The notes beneath the pieces are model-generated. The model did no database searches and was not told where the DNA came from. It was given only the letters and a program-made list of their open reading frames with translations. Both the position numbers and the translations under genes were made by a program. DNA of 55,990 nucleotides from a virus, in the IMG/VR virus record IMGVR_UViG_3300045988_068752, positions 1 through 55,990 of that record, one strand, 5' to 3'. Below are positions 1 to 12,000 of this stretch, piece after piece. How positions within the stretch are numbered: position 1 is the first letter of the stretch; each line of letters starts with the position of its first letter.

Positions 1-55
1 TTTTTTTACGAGCAACTAGATTCTTATTGATTCGCCCGGAGAATTGTCCGATTCT
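1..55. repeat. 55-nt terminal direct repeat, identical to 55936..55990; probably the assembler overlap of a circular contig
   Basis: Positions 1..55 (tttttttacgagcaactag...gtccgattct) are repeated exactly at 55936..55990. Confidence 0.9.
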
Positions 56-172
56 TGGAATACCATTATTGGCTTTACGATTTCCCCATTTCATACCCTT
101 AATTCCAAAGTGTTCAATGATGTCATCAAAATTATCGGTATGAATTAGTTCATTATCATGAATAATTAACAT
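1..172 (-). CDS. GMKWG-motif family paralog 1, N-terminal part; continues across the circular junction
   Basis: ATG at 172 is preceded by GGAGGA. It encodes MLIIHDNELIHTDNFDDIIEHFGIKGMKWGNRKANNG... The frame runs off position 1 and, through the overlap, stops at 55922 just after an A8 tract. Confidence 0.6.
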   Translation of the reverse strand, partial: MLIIHDNELIHTDNFDDIIEHFGIKGMKWGNRKANNGIPRIGQFSGRINKNLVARKK

Positions 173-173
173 T

Positions 174-353
174 TTATCCTCCTGGATAGTGAATTTTAGT
201 ATTTAGTTGACTGATAATATCCAGCAGTTCATAATAGTTATTTCTGTATGATACAACCATATTTGTCAAAATAAATACATAGCATAAAAGGGTAAACATT
301 CCCACGAATGAGAGAATGCTAATTACCCATAAAATCTTTTCGGATTTCTTCAT
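174..353 (-). CDS. Small membrane protein (59 aa, one N-terminal TM helix)
   Basis: Hand-translated: MKKSEKILWVISILSFVGMFTLLCYVFILTNMVVSYRNNYYELLDIISQLNTKIHYPGG. It fills the gap between 362 and 172 and falls just below the ORF-track length cutoff. Confidence 0.55.
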   Translation of the reverse strand: MKKSEKILWVISILSFVGMFTLLCYVFILTNMVVSYRNNYYELLDIISQLNTKIHYPGG

Positions 354-361
354 ATCAAATC

Positions 362-865
362 CTATTTATTTTTAAAGTCGTTAGGATTCAGATGAACGAC
401 GTCTTGCCACTTTAAAATTTCGACAATACCATTGTTGTGATAGTTTTCAAATAGCTTATACACATCTTTCTCATCTTCTTTAATAGTCAACAATTTGTTA
501 ATTGTAACGACAGCAAAGTCGCCTTCCCAACCTTCAGCTTCGTAATTTGGAATTTGAAGTTTAAGTTGTTGACCAGGGAAATATGATTCGCCCAATTCAG
601 GTTCTTTCAAGTAATTTACCAAAGTAGCAAATTGAGAGTCGTAAATAAATGGAGAACGTAAAGTTACATCCAAAATAGTTGACATCAATGTATGATTGTC
701 TTGGGTTTTAATCAATCCAATTAGAACTTCTCCAAGTTCAGCATCAGATTGAGCCTTCATTTCTTCCGTAAGAACATAAGGATATTCATAACGGAAATAT
801 GGATTGTTATCCACAACGGCAACTTTAGTGCCTTCTTCAGTTTCGAAGCGTTCAATTTTTAACAT
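362..865 (-). CDS. Hypothetical protein (167 aa) at the distal end of the tail/fibre module
   Basis: Long ORF tightly packed behind the fibre gene; no recognisable motif. Confidence 0.6.
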   Translation of the reverse strand: MLKIERFETEEGTKVAVVDNNPYFRYEYPYVLTEEMKAQSDAELGEVLIGLIKTQDNHTLMSTILDVTLRSPFIYDSQFATLVNYLKEPELGESYFPGQQLKLQIPNYEAEGWEGDFAVVTINKLLTIKEDEKDVYKLFENYHNNGIVEILKWQDVVHLNPNDFKNK

Positions 866-880
866 AGTTTAACCTTTCAA

Positions 881-2953
881 TTAAAGTCTATCTGGCCATG
901 GTTCATCAGTAATATAAACCATATTTGAGAAACGGATATCAGTAATATCACGATTGTCTGGTACATCTTCTAAGAATTGTAGACGAATTTGACGGGAGTC
1001 AGTGTTTCCACCAATATAGAATGTACCATAAGGAACACCCTTATCGTTTGTAATATTTCCAATTTTGGATGACGTAGGAGCGAATCCTAGCGGTAATGTG
1101 CCCTGTGGCACAATGACACAGAATTTGTTTCTATCTGATGGGTGAGCCACATATCCAGCAGCGCCTCTACGCTTAATACCGAACCAACCCCATGACAAAC
1201 CGCCCCAAATTAATTCCACATTAGAGTTAATTCGTCGGTACAATAACTTAGCACCACTAAATGCAGTTTGTGTGATTGATGCCAAGACCTCTCCAGTATC
1301 GCCATACAATACCTTCCAACAGTCCCTTGCAGTATTTCGAGGAACTCCCTTATCATAAGGTTTTATTTTAATCCATTTAATAGCACCGTTCTTTTTACGT
1401 CGGTCAACATATACCGCACCAACAGGTAAAGCCTGTAGTGTCTCTACGTTATTATCGTCATACGGGTAGTTATCCCCATATACAGTATCGGTATTATTTT
1501 CTTGTGTGGTGGCAGTATTACCGGAATTAGATGATAACCCCTCAAGAGCGGTGTGTAATTCTGAGTTCTTGATATAATAGTCTCCACCATTAGCCAACTT
1601 GGTATCAATGGCAGTACTGATAGAACTTTCTACAGAACCAACCTTAGCTCTCAAGGTACCTAGGTCAGTCTCTTTAGCGAAACTGTCCGTTACTGGGATT
1701 GTGAACGTCACTTCTCCAACAGTCACTTGAGTTCCATCCATGGTATCTACCTTAGTAACATCAGCCTTCTTAACATATTTAGCATCAAGAAGTGATGTCA
1801 TATCAGTGAAGATATCATTGATGTAATCAGAGTTTGTCTTAAGAGTTTCGACAATCTTTTGACTAGTAAGATTTTCAGTAATATATGAAGCAATAGCTCC
1901 AGATACACCGGTTTTGAATTGTTCTAATGACACAATATCAGTAGTATTCTTTTCAACCTTAGCCTTAAGAGTATCAAGACCTTCTTTAGCACCATCTGCT
2001 ACAGCTCTAGCCGAGGAAATATCACTTGAGATTGTGGATAGTTGGTCCGAGATAGATTGCGTGATTTTTGTTGTGAAATCACTACCTTCGAAATACGTAG
2101 TCAAATATGACTGTACGTATTGTTTCGCTGCAGCAATATCAGATTTAGATGTCTCTGTTACAAGAGTTGTTAAGTCCAATCTAAGTTGAGCGACGTCTAC
2201 AGAATTAATAATATCTGTCTTAGCAGTTAGAATTTTAGTATCTAATGCTTCAAGAATATCGGACTTGATAGTTTCCGCATTTAGAGATGCTACTTTTGTT
2301 TCAATACCCTGTAGTTTGCTCTCCTGATTTTGCAGTGATTTTGATTGTTCGTCCTTCAATGTATTGATGGACTCAACCAAAGCCGTTTTGATGTCATCTT
2401 GAATCTTCTTAATATCAATTAGCTTAGTTACACGATTAAGAATATCGTTCTTAAGAGTATCTGTATCAACAGCAGTTCCAGCCTTGTCCACAACACCCTT
2501 CTCTGATACAATTTTGTAAACAATACTTCGTAAGAAATCAGTATTGACAATATCGGTAGCAACCTCAATGAAGATTTGATTGCTAGTTGTATCAAAGTCA
2601 CGCACGAATGCGTATTTATCTTCCCCGTAGTGTACCCGAGATGCTCCGTCAGTGTCTTTAGGAGAATATACATCCAATTTCATAGTAATAGCATCGATTA
2701 AGAATACTGTTTTTGGAATAATAATTTTCGCATATCCTGAATAATTAATTAAATTATTAGGAATATCAACCACAAGAGTCCCTTTATCAGGTTTCCATGT
2801 GGCATTTAGTTCTGTTTTGGTATCGTTAGACGCTCTAAAAATAACGCCAGAGATGATTTGCTCATCTCCAGCTTCTGGTTCAGAGAATTTGATACCAATA
2901 GAACGGTCTGTACCATCATCAATAATAGTGACAGGAGTGTCTAAATATATCAT
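881..2953 (-). CDS. Putative tail fibre / receptor-binding protein (690 aa)
   Basis: Lies downstream of Tal. It has a long central coiled-coil-like segment rich in L/T/K/D/S heptads and a distinct globular C-terminal domain. Confidence 0.55.
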   Translation of the reverse strand: MIYLDTPVTIIDDGTDRSIGIKFSEPEAGDEQIISGVIFRASNDTKTELNATWKPDKGTLVVDIPNNLINYSGYAKIIIPKTVFLIDAITMKLDVYSPKDTDGASRVHYGEDKYAFVRDFDTTSNQIFIEVATDIVNTDFLRSIVYKIVSEKGVVDKAGTAVDTDTLKNDILNRVTKLIDIKKIQDDIKTALVESINTLKDEQSKSLQNQESKLQGIETKVASLNAETIKSDILEALDTKILTAKTDIINSVDVAQLRLDLTTLVTETSKSDIAAAKQYVQSYLTTYFEGSDFTTKITQSISDQLSTISSDISSARAVADGAKEGLDTLKAKVEKNTTDIVSLEQFKTGVSGAIASYITENLTSQKIVETLKTNSDYINDIFTDMTSLLDAKYVKKADVTKVDTMDGTQVTVGEVTFTIPVTDSFAKETDLGTLRAKVGSVESSISTAIDTKLANGGDYYIKNSELHTALEGLSSNSGNTATTQENNTDTVYGDNYPYDDNNVETLQALPVGAVYVDRRKKNGAIKWIKIKPYDKGVPRNTARDCWKVLYGDTGEVLASITQTAFSGAKLLYRRINSNVELIWGGLSWGWFGIKRRGAAGYVAHPSDRNKFCVIVPQGTLPLGFAPTSSKIGNITNDKGVPYGTFYIGGNTDSRQIRLQFLEDVPDNRDITDIRFSNMVYITDEPWPDRL

Positions 2954-2964
2954 TTAAACCTCCC

Positions 2965-3558
2965 TTATTGTCCGAGAGTTAGTGGATAAGCAGCACCTAC
3001 ACCGTCCATTTCAAGACGGCCTTTAGTAACGAAATCGGATACAGGCTCACCATTATATGTGAATTCTTTGTTGAATTGCACAAATACAAGATTTCCTTCA
3101 CCGTTGATTTCTTGATGGTTAGGGTCTTCAATTACCACGATATCATTAGCTTGATATGTCTTACCTACTTGAGCCTTCTCAAGAAGTCCAGCAAGTTTCT
3201 TGTAAACAACTCCGTAAACAATATTGCCAGACATAATGGTATGCATAACCATAGCATTAATGAAATTATCACGACATTGATCTTCGACTTTCTTTTGTTC
3301 GATTTCTTCATTTAATTTGTCGACCTGTTTAGTAGTTTCCTTGAATTCAATTTCAGAGAAATACTCTTTATGGAATGCTAGTAAACATTTACGAACGTAA
3401 TCCGCTTCATCAGACGCATTGTTAATTGTATGTTTACCTGGTAAATACACAGTAATCAAGTTTGTTGGTGTTTCTGTATATAATTCAAATAATGTCTTTT
3501 CGACAGTTCCATTACCATCGTAAATATGGTAAGAGGTACGGATTTTAAAGCTACTCAT
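2965..3558 (-). CDS. Hypothetical structural-module protein (197 aa)
   Basis: ORF between Tal and the fibre; function not recognisable. Confidence 0.55.
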   Translation of the reverse strand: MSSFKIRTSYHIYDGNGTVEKTLFELYTETPTNLITVYLPGKHTINNASDEADYVRKCLLAFHKEYFSEIEFKETTKQVDKLNEEIEQKKVEDQCRDNFINAMVMHTIMSGNIVYGVVYKKLAGLLEKAQVGKTYQANDIVVIEDPNHQEINGEGNLVFVQFNKEFTYNGEPVSDFVTKGRLEMDGVGAAYPLTLGQ

Positions 3559-3742
3559 TAGGTGAGTCCTCCTGTTTCATTTGTTCAATATGATTATCTA
3601 TATTTTGGTTGAGTTTCAAAGCGGCATTTTCTTCTCGCAAATCCTCAATCATAATATTCAATTCAATATTTTCTGCGGTTAAGTAACCAATTTGTGCTGA
3701 CAGACGTTGTAATAGTTTATCTGTCGATTTATCTTCGTACAT
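3551..3742 (-). CDS. Small coiled-coil protein (63 aa)
   Basis: ATG at 3742 has an AGGAGA RBS. The longer ORF-track start at 3835 would overlap Tal. Confidence 0.5.
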   Translation of the reverse strand: MYEDKSTDKLLQRLSAQIGYLTAENIELNIMIEDLREENAALKLNQNIDNHIEQMKQEDSPNE

Positions 3743-3749
3743 ATTTCTC

Positions 3750-6700
3750 CTATCTAAATCCTTTGTTCCAATCACTTTGTGTTTGTGCACGTTCAAGAGG
3801 TACGTAATACGTATGATTTTGATTAGAACCATCATTTACATATAACCAACAAGAAGAACCATATTCATTGGATTGTCCTTTAAATCGGACCATAAATAAC
3901 CCACGGACAGCAAATACATCGACGTCGTTTCGAACTGACGCCAAAGGACTATTAACCCATACGTTAGTCATAACTGGAGTATATTCGGCAGAGTCTGTAG
4001 CCCTACCATTAAACCACGCCGGAGTAGCTATTCGACCATTAGACCTAATAGTCACTCGGTTAGTTATTCCGTCTTTATGAGTTATATTTAGAATCCCATT
4101 CGCAGCATGTAGAGTTGTGGTATTACCAATATCAATACCATCAGTCCATATTCTTCGAATTTTACCCTTATCGGCAATAAGTTTATCAAACACACCCTCC
4201 AAACCAACAACTTTACTAGCATCTAAACTAGCGACTTTAGCTGAAGATATGGTTGCATCAGCGATATGGGCGTTTTTGATTACGCCATTATGGATAAGAG
4301 CGTTACCGTCGAATTCAAGGTTTTTACCTTTAAAGCGAATACCATTTGTGTTGACATTCACCTCACTCACGATACTATTTGCCGAATTTAAAGCTCGGAT
4401 AGCATAAGAATTACTTAATTGATTTACTACAGTCGCGGACCCCCAAGAACCGGGACTATATTCATCAGGCAAGCTATTTCCTCGAGCCATCATGATTTCT
4501 TTAATTTCAAAATCGCCGGCTTTATCAACCCAGAAGTAAAACGGATGCATATCCTTAGAATCAAACGTCATATCTTTATCGATGTTAAATGTTCGTTTGA
4601 ATGTTAGCCATTTGTCAAATTCAATAGTATTACCACTAGACCATATTGTTTTACCTTTGTTACGAGTATGGTCCTTCAATTCAACAGCATAAGAACTAGA
4701 CCCACTCTTATGCATAGTACTATTAATTCTATATTTAAAGCTTACAGTGAATGTGTCACCAACTTTAACTGAGTTAATAGTTAATGGTAAACTAACACCT
4801 CTCCAACGTTGCGTATCATTAGTTTTATATACAGTAATACGATAAGGATTCTTACCATAATTTCCCGGTGTTGGCGCTTTTACCATTACTCCAGGAGTGA
4901 TTGTTATATTAGATAAAGCATTCTCAAAAGTATCGGTATCCAAAATAATATTGTTAGATGGCGAACCTCCATTAGCAACAAATGTTTGGATTTCGTTACT
5001 CTTCATAACCATCTGAGCAATCTTGGTATTGATACCATTCTCATTTTCTCCAATAGTACGAGAGAATAAATCCACACGACTCACAACATCTTGGAATTTG
5101 GTATTTTGAGTTAAATCTACATCCAGAGGATTTTTCTTAAATCCATTTATGAATTTAGTTTGTTCCAACTGGAAGTTTCTGAAATATACGTTCAGAGTCT
5201 TACCCGGAAATACTGTAAGTTTAATATATACTTCTACCGCTTCTTCTTCTAATTCAAAAGAATAACCGAATCTATTAAACGCGCGTCTAAAAGGCACCAA
5301 ATCTATAATACCATCTTCGTGGTTTCTAAAATGGTGTCGATATGATTTTTCTGTTCCCGTTGATGTTCGGGTAGCCATTTCAAAAGCGAATATACTATCC
5401 GAATCCCATGTATTGGTCATTTTAGTTTCAATAGCAATATCCGCAGATAGTGTTAACATATCCCCTTTTTGTAAATTAAGGTTATATACCCTTTGAGAAA
5501 GCCAATGATAACTTCCAGCAGTCCCATAAAAATGCAAGATACCTTTCGCTTGGTTAAAGTTAGAATATCCGTGGTTGCCCACATCGATTTTCATACCTTG
5601 GTCGTCACCATAATGGACAATATTCCAAAAATCAGTTTTAGCCTTCTCTTCGTCGGTAATATTGAGTTGGAAATCACCATTTCTCAATAAATTTTGTCCA
5701 CCAGTATCATAGAGATTATCTTCGACCGCAGCAGACCAATCGACAACTGAGTCAGCAGAATGCAAAATACAATCTTTAATTGTAAATGGTACGTTATTTG
5801 TATCATCAACACGGAAATGAATCTTCGTTGCTTTATTCAATAATTCCTCGGTTAAATTTACGTAACCGACCCTAGTTTCCCATTCATCACTAGAAATGTT
5901 CTTTTGTGTAATAGCGGGGTACTCAGGAATGTTTTCTGGCCACGAACCAATATAACCTGAATTAGAATAAAATTCAGCAACTGATCTAGAATTAGTTACT
6001 CTAGAGTCGAACTTAATTTTGTATTGAATAATCAATCGGTCGTTAAGTTTCAACCCAAGTTCTTTAAGAGTTTGTCCACCAACGAAAGAATAACCCGGGA
6101 AAACTTGAAATCCATTACCGTTAAGTACGTATGCACCAGAGCGTATAGGTCTATCACTTCGAGAAATATAATTTCGACCACCATACTTCTTAGGAATAGA
6201 CTTCATTGTCTCCACTAAGCTTTGTCGGAGTTCTCCGATTTTAGTTTCAACAACAGTATTGGTGTTTGTTCGTGCGGCATTTAACATTTCATTCTTAGAA
6301 GCGTTAATGGCTTGACGAATAACCCCGGCCTCTTGTACAACACTAGATGAAATAAGACCGCTGACAGTACCATTTAAACTGCTAGTAACGGAAGATGTGA
6401 TTCTTCCTTCACTAAGTTTAATTTGAGCATCAGTGTATTTTTTAGATTCACCGCTCGCATTAGATACTGCTAGGTTAATTTCATTTGGAATGAGTTCTAG
6501 ACGAGCTTTTGCAGCATTCACATCGCCCTTGACCTCTTTATACTTCTCAGCAGCAAGTTCAATCTTTTCATTTGTTTGAGAAATAAGAGTTTTAATATTT
6601 GATACCTCACCCCCATAAGATACCATAGTTTTCTCTAATTCCGAAAGGTGATGATTGACTTCTTGCTTATAAGTACTTAGAGCCAATTCGTCTTGTGTTC

Positions 6701-8312
6701 CACTAGCAATAAGTTCGCCAATCTTTCGAGTTAAATACTCTCTATTGGCATTGAAGTCCTTCTCAATTTGCTCCAATTTTGATTGTGCGGCAGCAATCTG
6801 AGCGGCTTGGTCTTTAGATGCTCGTTTGAGGATTTCATTAGCGTCGGAAGTCACTTTATCTACTTTAGCTTTCATCTGTTCGTTTGAAACGGAGAATTCG
6901 TCTAATTTAGATTTGATTTCTTTCTCATAATCCGCAATTTTCTTATCAATTGCATCCCCAAAGTTTGCTGGAATAATTAAATTCCATTGTGTACCGTCGT
7001 AACGATACATTTCAACTTCGCCTTCTCCGATAGTCTTGTACCAAATATCATTAGCTTTCAATCCCTCAGTTGGAGGAGTATCTGGTCCAAAGAAATTCTT
7101 ACTTTTACCATCAAGAGATGTGATTACGTTGTTAACAGATTCTTCTAAAGGAGCCAATACATCGGCAATAACTTTATTGGTCATCTGTTTCCATTCGGCG
7201 CGTTGAACTTCAGCTAATGTGGCGCGGTCGTGCCCACTAGTACTAGCCGAAATCTTTTTAATTCGTTCTGATAGAACATCATATTCAATTTTATTAACTT
7301 TGACAGTGATATTTACCCCAATTTTCGGGACGTAAACCTCAACTGTATCACAAAGTTTGATGTTAATAAGGGCTTTAATAATAGCTTTTTCCCACGCAGT
7401 AGTGTCACTTAGAGGAACCATATCAACATCAATTTTAATATTTGGTAAATCTACCCCGTAGTTCTGTTCAAAATATTTTTTAGAGACTTTATCAACCATA
7501 TCTTTGGTGATAACTTTTACTTCGTTGTCTTTTTTGCCCTCTTTGACTTTGCTTGTTACGTCAATAGGACTCATACGTTTAGTAAAATAGTCGTTATAAT
7601 ATTTTGATTTGACCACATCACCATATACAACAACTTCCTTCTGATTTTCACCTTCAGGAGTATATTTGGCATATGGTAAAATGCTGGTATATTTACCACT
7701 CATGCTTGTGACAATCTTGATGTTCTTCAAATTCTTCCTAGGACGAATTGTAGTAACTCTTTCATGTCCTCTTCGACGATATAGATATATTTGGTTGTTG
7801 GTTCTTAGAACTTCTCCTCCAAATGCATCGACCATAGACCCCTCAGTACCGCTAATTAATGACAAGACATTCTTAATCTCATCGTGTTGCATAGCAGCCG
7901 TTGTAGTAATATCCGTAGCGAAATTGATATTAACTGGGTCTACAGCATGCGCTTTAATTCTAGCCCATACATCCATAGGCGTAGATGTTACGGCAGCGAA
8001 TGGTTTTACAAGAATACCGCTAAGACTGTCGGTAGATGTGACAGCCTTAACAGTTCTTTTCTTACCATCTAAATCATCATCAGTTTCGTAAATACGAAAT
8101 GCATGAGGTTCGTCGAAGTCATTGGGTTTGGCTAAGATATATCGTTCTGTACGAATCTCAGAAATCCAATCTCCGTTGAGAGGATATTCCATCTCCAATT
8201 CAAATTCACCATTTCGAACTTCGGTAACAATACAAGTCTCTGCATCATGGAGGATACCGATACCATTATTTTCGAACAAGGTTTCGTTTTGTTCATATAA
8301 AATAGGTCTCAT
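3750..8312 (-). CDS. Tail-associated lysin / Tal-type tail tip protein with large C-terminal extension (about 1520 aa)
   Basis: The N-terminus MRPILYEQNETLFENNGIGILHDAETCIVTEVRNGEFELEMEYP looks like the conserved siphovirus Tal (prophage tail endopeptidase) N-domain. The gene lies directly after Dit with an ATGA overlap at 8309-8312. Confidence 0.8.
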   Translation of the reverse strand: MRPILYEQNETLFENNGIGILHDAETCIVTEVRNGEFELEMEYPLNGDWISEIRTERYILAKPNDFDEPHAFRIYETDDDLDGKKRTVKAVTSTDSLSGILVKPFAAVTSTPMDVWARIKAHAVDPVNINFATDITTTAAMQHDEIKNVLSLISGTEGSMVDAFGGEVLRTNNQIYLYRRRGHERVTTIRPRKNLKNIKIVTSMSGKYTSILPYAKYTPEGENQKEVVVYGDVVKSKYYNDYFTKRMSPIDVTSKVKEGKKDNEVKVITKDMVDKVSKKYFEQNYGVDLPNIKIDVDMVPLSDTTAWEKAIIKALINIKLCDTVEVYVPKIGVNITVKVNKIEYDVLSERIKKISASTSGHDRATLAEVQRAEWKQMTNKVIADVLAPLEESVNNVITSLDGKSKNFFGPDTPPTEGLKANDIWYKTIGEGEVEMYRYDGTQWNLIIPANFGDAIDKKIADYEKEIKSKLDEFSVSNEQMKAKVDKVTSDANEILKRASKDQAAQIAAAQSKLEQIEKDFNANREYLTRKIGELIASGTQDELALSTYKQEVNHHLSELEKTMVSYGGEVSNIKTLISQTNEKIELAAEKYKEVKGDVNAAKARLELIPNEINLAVSNASGESKKYTDAQIKLSEGRITSSVTSSLNGTVSGLISSSVVQEAGVIRQAINASKNEMLNAARTNTNTVVETKIGELRQSLVETMKSIPKKYGGRNYISRSDRPIRSGAYVLNGNGFQVFPGYSFVGGQTLKELGLKLNDRLIIQYKIKFDSRVTNSRSVAEFYSNSGYIGSWPENIPEYPAITQKNISSDEWETRVGYVNLTEELLNKATKIHFRVDDTNNVPFTIKDCILHSADSVVDWSAAVEDNLYDTGGQNLLRNGDFQLNITDEEKAKTDFWNIVHYGDDQGMKIDVGNHGYSNFNQAKGILHFYGTAGSYHWLSQRVYNLNLQKGDMLTLSADIAIETKMTNTWDSDSIFAFEMATRTSTGTEKSYRHHFRNHEDGIIDLVPFRRAFNRFGYSFELEEEAVEVYIKLTVFPGKTLNVYFRNFQLEQTKFINGFKKNPLDVDLTQNTKFQDVVSRVDLFSRTIGENENGINTKIAQMVMKSNEIQTFVANGGSPSNNIILDTDTFENALSNITITPGVMVKAPTPGNYGKNPYRITVYKTNDTQRWRGVSLPLTINSVKVGDTFTVSFKYRINSTMHKSGSSSYAVELKDHTRNKGKTIWSSGNTIEFDKWLTFKRTFNIDKDMTFDSKDMHPFYFWVDKAGDFEIKEIMMARGNSLPDEYSPGSWGSATVVNQLSNSYAIRALNSANSIVSEVNVNTNGIRFKGKNLEFDGNALIHNGVIKNAHIADATISSAKVASLDASKVVGLEGVFDKLIADKGKIRRIWTDGIDIGNTTTLHAANGILNITHKDGITNRVTIRSNGRIATPAWFNGRATDSAEYTPVMTNVWVNSPLASVRNDVDVFAVRGLFMVRFKGQSNEYGSSCWLYVNDGSNQNHTYYVPLERAQTQSDWNKGFR

Positions 8313-9091
8313 ACTAGAACCCTCCAATTAGGCGTGACAGTTAATGTCGGAATAACAGAAGCAGGGTTCTGTCCGTCAGCTGTAATAGTAAATTTATTTT
8401 TAGACACTCCCGGAGCTAATTCAAAGAAATCCTTACCAACGGTTCTGTTGTTTAGATTTCGAATGGTCCGTCCATCTTTAGAATATGTCGCATATAAAGA
8501 GCAATCAATGAATACATTTTCATTGTTCAAATCTTTAAACAACATAGTAGTGTTCCCAACAGTCAACGAAAGATTCCCTCTAACTCCAGAAAATGAGATT
8601 ACAGGTTTTGCTGTATATAATGTTGGATTACTGACAAATTCTCCGTTATTAACTCTAAACGGAGCAATGTCTTTCACATATTTGTATGGTTGACATTTAA
8701 GTTTCGCAGTAAAACTAATACAACCATCATAGTAATATTTATTCTCAAACTCCATTTCCATGAGAATGATGTAATAAATATGTTTGGTATCAAAATATGG
8801 AATGAATGGAATCCATTCACCAATACCTTGATTAAATAACGTATAGATTTTGTTTCGAGCAGTAGAAATATCCCAGTCATTATCCCCGTGACTTCTACCA
8901 TCATAGAAACATTTCAGTTCAAATTCTGTTGGTTCATATCCGTCATCATCGTAAGCCAACTCCCCTTCATAGGAAGCTGGCGATATGAATGAGACTCTCC
9001 TTTTCGGAGCAGGAATATTAGGACGTTCCTGAATAACAACATTTAAAGCCTCTGAACTGTTATTATTAATCATAAAATATCCAGGTTTCAT
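8309..9091 (-). CDS. Distal tail protein (Dit)
   Basis: 260-aa ORF between the tape measure and Tal, the canonical siphovirus order. Confidence 0.7.
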   Translation of the reverse strand: MKPGYFMINNNSSEALNVVIQERPNIPAPKRRVSFISPASYEGELAYDDDGYEPTEFELKCFYDGRSHGDNDWDISTARNKIYTLFNQGIGEWIPFIPYFDTKHIYYIILMEMEFENKYYYDGCISFTAKLKCQPYKYVKDIAPFRVNNGEFVSNPTLYTAKPVISFSGVRGNLSLTVGNTTMLFKDLNNENVFIDCSLYATYSKDGRTIRNLNNRTVGKDFFELAPGVSKNKFTITADGQNPASVIPTLTVTPNWRVLV

Positions 9092-9096
9092 AGTTC

Positions 9097-12000
9097 TTAC
9101 CAGAATACCTCCTCACCTTTTCCTCGACGACTTTGATCGTCGAATGACTTAATATGACTTTGAATTTCTCTAGCAAGTTCTTTAGTGTTGACAGGTTTAC
9201 CGCCAGTATCCACATTAACATTAACGCTATATTCTTTCTTAGAATTATCGTTGTTAACAACTGTGGATGTGTTTGATTGTTGTGGCACGCCGTATAGTGG
9301 TGTCGGAGTAGAAATACGTCCTCTATAATCTAATGAATAATCAGACATTTTCATTTTGTCGAGATTACTCATGTCCACTACTGGAGTAATTGTCGGTGCA
9401 TAGCTCATATCATCAATAGCTACATCAAGCATATCACTTACACTATTGACTGCATCAGATACAGCATTTGCGAAGACATCGCCCTGACTAACCACACTAT
9501 CCGCAGCATCAGAGAACCCTTTACCGAATGAATCAGTAACCTCATCTACCATCTTAGGCATAGCGTCGCCAATACCTTTAGCAACCCCCATAGGGATAAA
9601 TTTACCAACATCTTTGGCAAACAATCTTGATGGTGAGTGAATATCGGCAGCAGCTCGAGCAGCTTCTCTAGCTTTACTAATAATTCTATTAGCAGCGCTT
9701 TCGATAGCCCACATATTAGCGTTCATACCATCAGCAACACCGGCAGAAATATAGTAACCTACATTATAACCGGCGCTTCTAGCAGAACCACTATAGCTAC
9801 TTACAATACCAATGATAGAACTCATACCAGAGGAAACTCTAGATGCCGATGAGCTCATTCCAGAAGAAATGGAGCTAGACATAGCAGCCATCATTGTACT
9901 TACAATTTGGTTAACAGTAGAATTCATTTGAGTAAATGAGTTTTGAATCTCATGTACTCTAGACGTAATAGTTTGAGATACTCCACTCATACCTTGGTTG
10001 ATATTAGCAGAAATAGAACTAATACTTGTTTGAATGGCTGTCGAAATACCAGAAAATGCAGTAGATGTTGCAGTAGCAACTGATTGCATTGATGTAGAAA
10101 TAGAAGTAACTACTCCTAGCATTCCAGTTTGCACAGCTGTTGATACAGATGTCATCGACATGGTTACCGCATTAGTAACTTCTGTAAAACCAATGAATAC
10201 CGCAGCCGCTAATGTAGAAATACCACTTAGCATAACTGTTTGGATATTCATCATACCGGTTTGTACAGCCATTTGCATCTGCATCATACCTTCCATAGCC
10301 GCTTGAGACAAGGTAGCGAATCCAGTAGATGAATTCGTCAATTCCATGAAGAATGTATTCATGGTTTGTTGGGTTGTAATAAGCGACTGATTGAAGAGTT
10401 CAATGATTGCAGGCATTGCTGAGAATGAACTTGACAGCAAAGTGACGCCATTTTGAATTCCGAGCATGCTTGCATCTAAAGCGGACATACCAAGAGACAA
10501 CATCTGGAATTGCATGTTCAAATTCATGAACACAGCAGATACAGACGTCAATGTAGTCATCAACGCAGTTACCGGAGCAATTAATCCTGTAAATGCAGTT
10601 GAAACTGGTGTAATGGAAGTGGATAACGTGGTCATACTTGTGGACATTGTGATGAATGCCGTGTTGACTGTAGGTAAGGTTCCCGATAATAAAGAAGCAC
10701 TAACACTAATCATGTTCATAGCAGTTGCAGTAGCAGATAAACCACTGACAGAACCAGCTAATGATGTACATGCAGTAGCTAAATCTTTAATATCTTTAGT
10801 AAATCCTTGAAGATTACCTGCGTAAGCAGACGCACCTAGTTTAGCAACCTCAACGGTTAATGAAGCCAATCCAGTAGCCGCGCTTGCACCATAATCTCCT
10901 ACAAGTTTAACACCTTCACCAAATAATTTGAATCCTTCACCAAAGCTCTTAGCAGCATCTCCAACAGCTCTAATGACATCAGCAACACCATCAAGAGCAG
11001 TCTTAATAGCAGTACCAATGGACTCAAATATTTTACCAACGCCTTCTAAGGCAGTTTTAACACCTTCAGCGAATGTCTTAATAACATTTGACACACCTTC
11101 GAGAGTTGTCTTAACATTATTACCGAACGATACAAAAATATTGTCTACGCCTTCGAGAACGTAACGAATAGAATCACCTGTAGCAGTAATAACGTTGGCT
11201 ATGGCATTAATAACATCAACAACGCCCTGAATGAATGCTTTGATAGTTTCTCCGATTACAGTAACTATAGAAACAACACCATTAACAACAGTTTCAATAC
11301 CACCAATAATTGAAATAATAACATCGGCTAAAGATCTAATTATTTCCGATACAGTAGTAAATAAGACTTGTAAAGTGTCTGTTATAGCAGTGAAAAATGG
11401 AAGTATTACAGGACCAATTTCTTGTATCCATGTAATGATGAAATCTCTAACCGGAGTTAAAACCTCGACGATTGCTGATAATACTGGTCCGGCCAAACTT
11501 TTTATTATTGTGACAATTATTTCAGATAACGACAAAAATAGTGATTGTAAAGATGAAATTATTCTATCTTTATTTTCAACTAAACCAGCGGCTAATTTTT
11601 CAATAAATGTTACAGCTATATCAATAGCAACATTTATTATAATAGACATATTGTTTACTATAGCAGTAGCAAGTTCTGTTAACAATCTAACTGCAGCATT
11701 AATTAATTGTGGTAGATTATTAGTTATACCTTCAATTAATCCTAAAAGTAATTTCAGACCGAAATTAACAAATTCAGGTATAAGAACAGCAAGGCCATTT
11801 AACGCTGTTAAAACGACCTTAATAAGACTAGAAACAATTGATGGAGCATTCTGTGCTAAAGAGCGAACAAATGCATCAAAAGCTTTAACTATATTTACAA
11901 CTGCTGTAGCACCTATCATTGATAGTTTCATTAAAGCCTTGGTGAAAATATCTAAGGCCATAGCACCTAGTAAGGCACCGGCGCCAATACCAATAGCAGC

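Noticed and set aside
1-55. The 55-nt terminal repeat as a biological direct terminal repeat or cos end
   Set aside because: The overlap is exact and short, of the kind assemblers leave on circular contigs. It also falls inside a coding sequence. I treat it as an assembly overlap, not physical ends.
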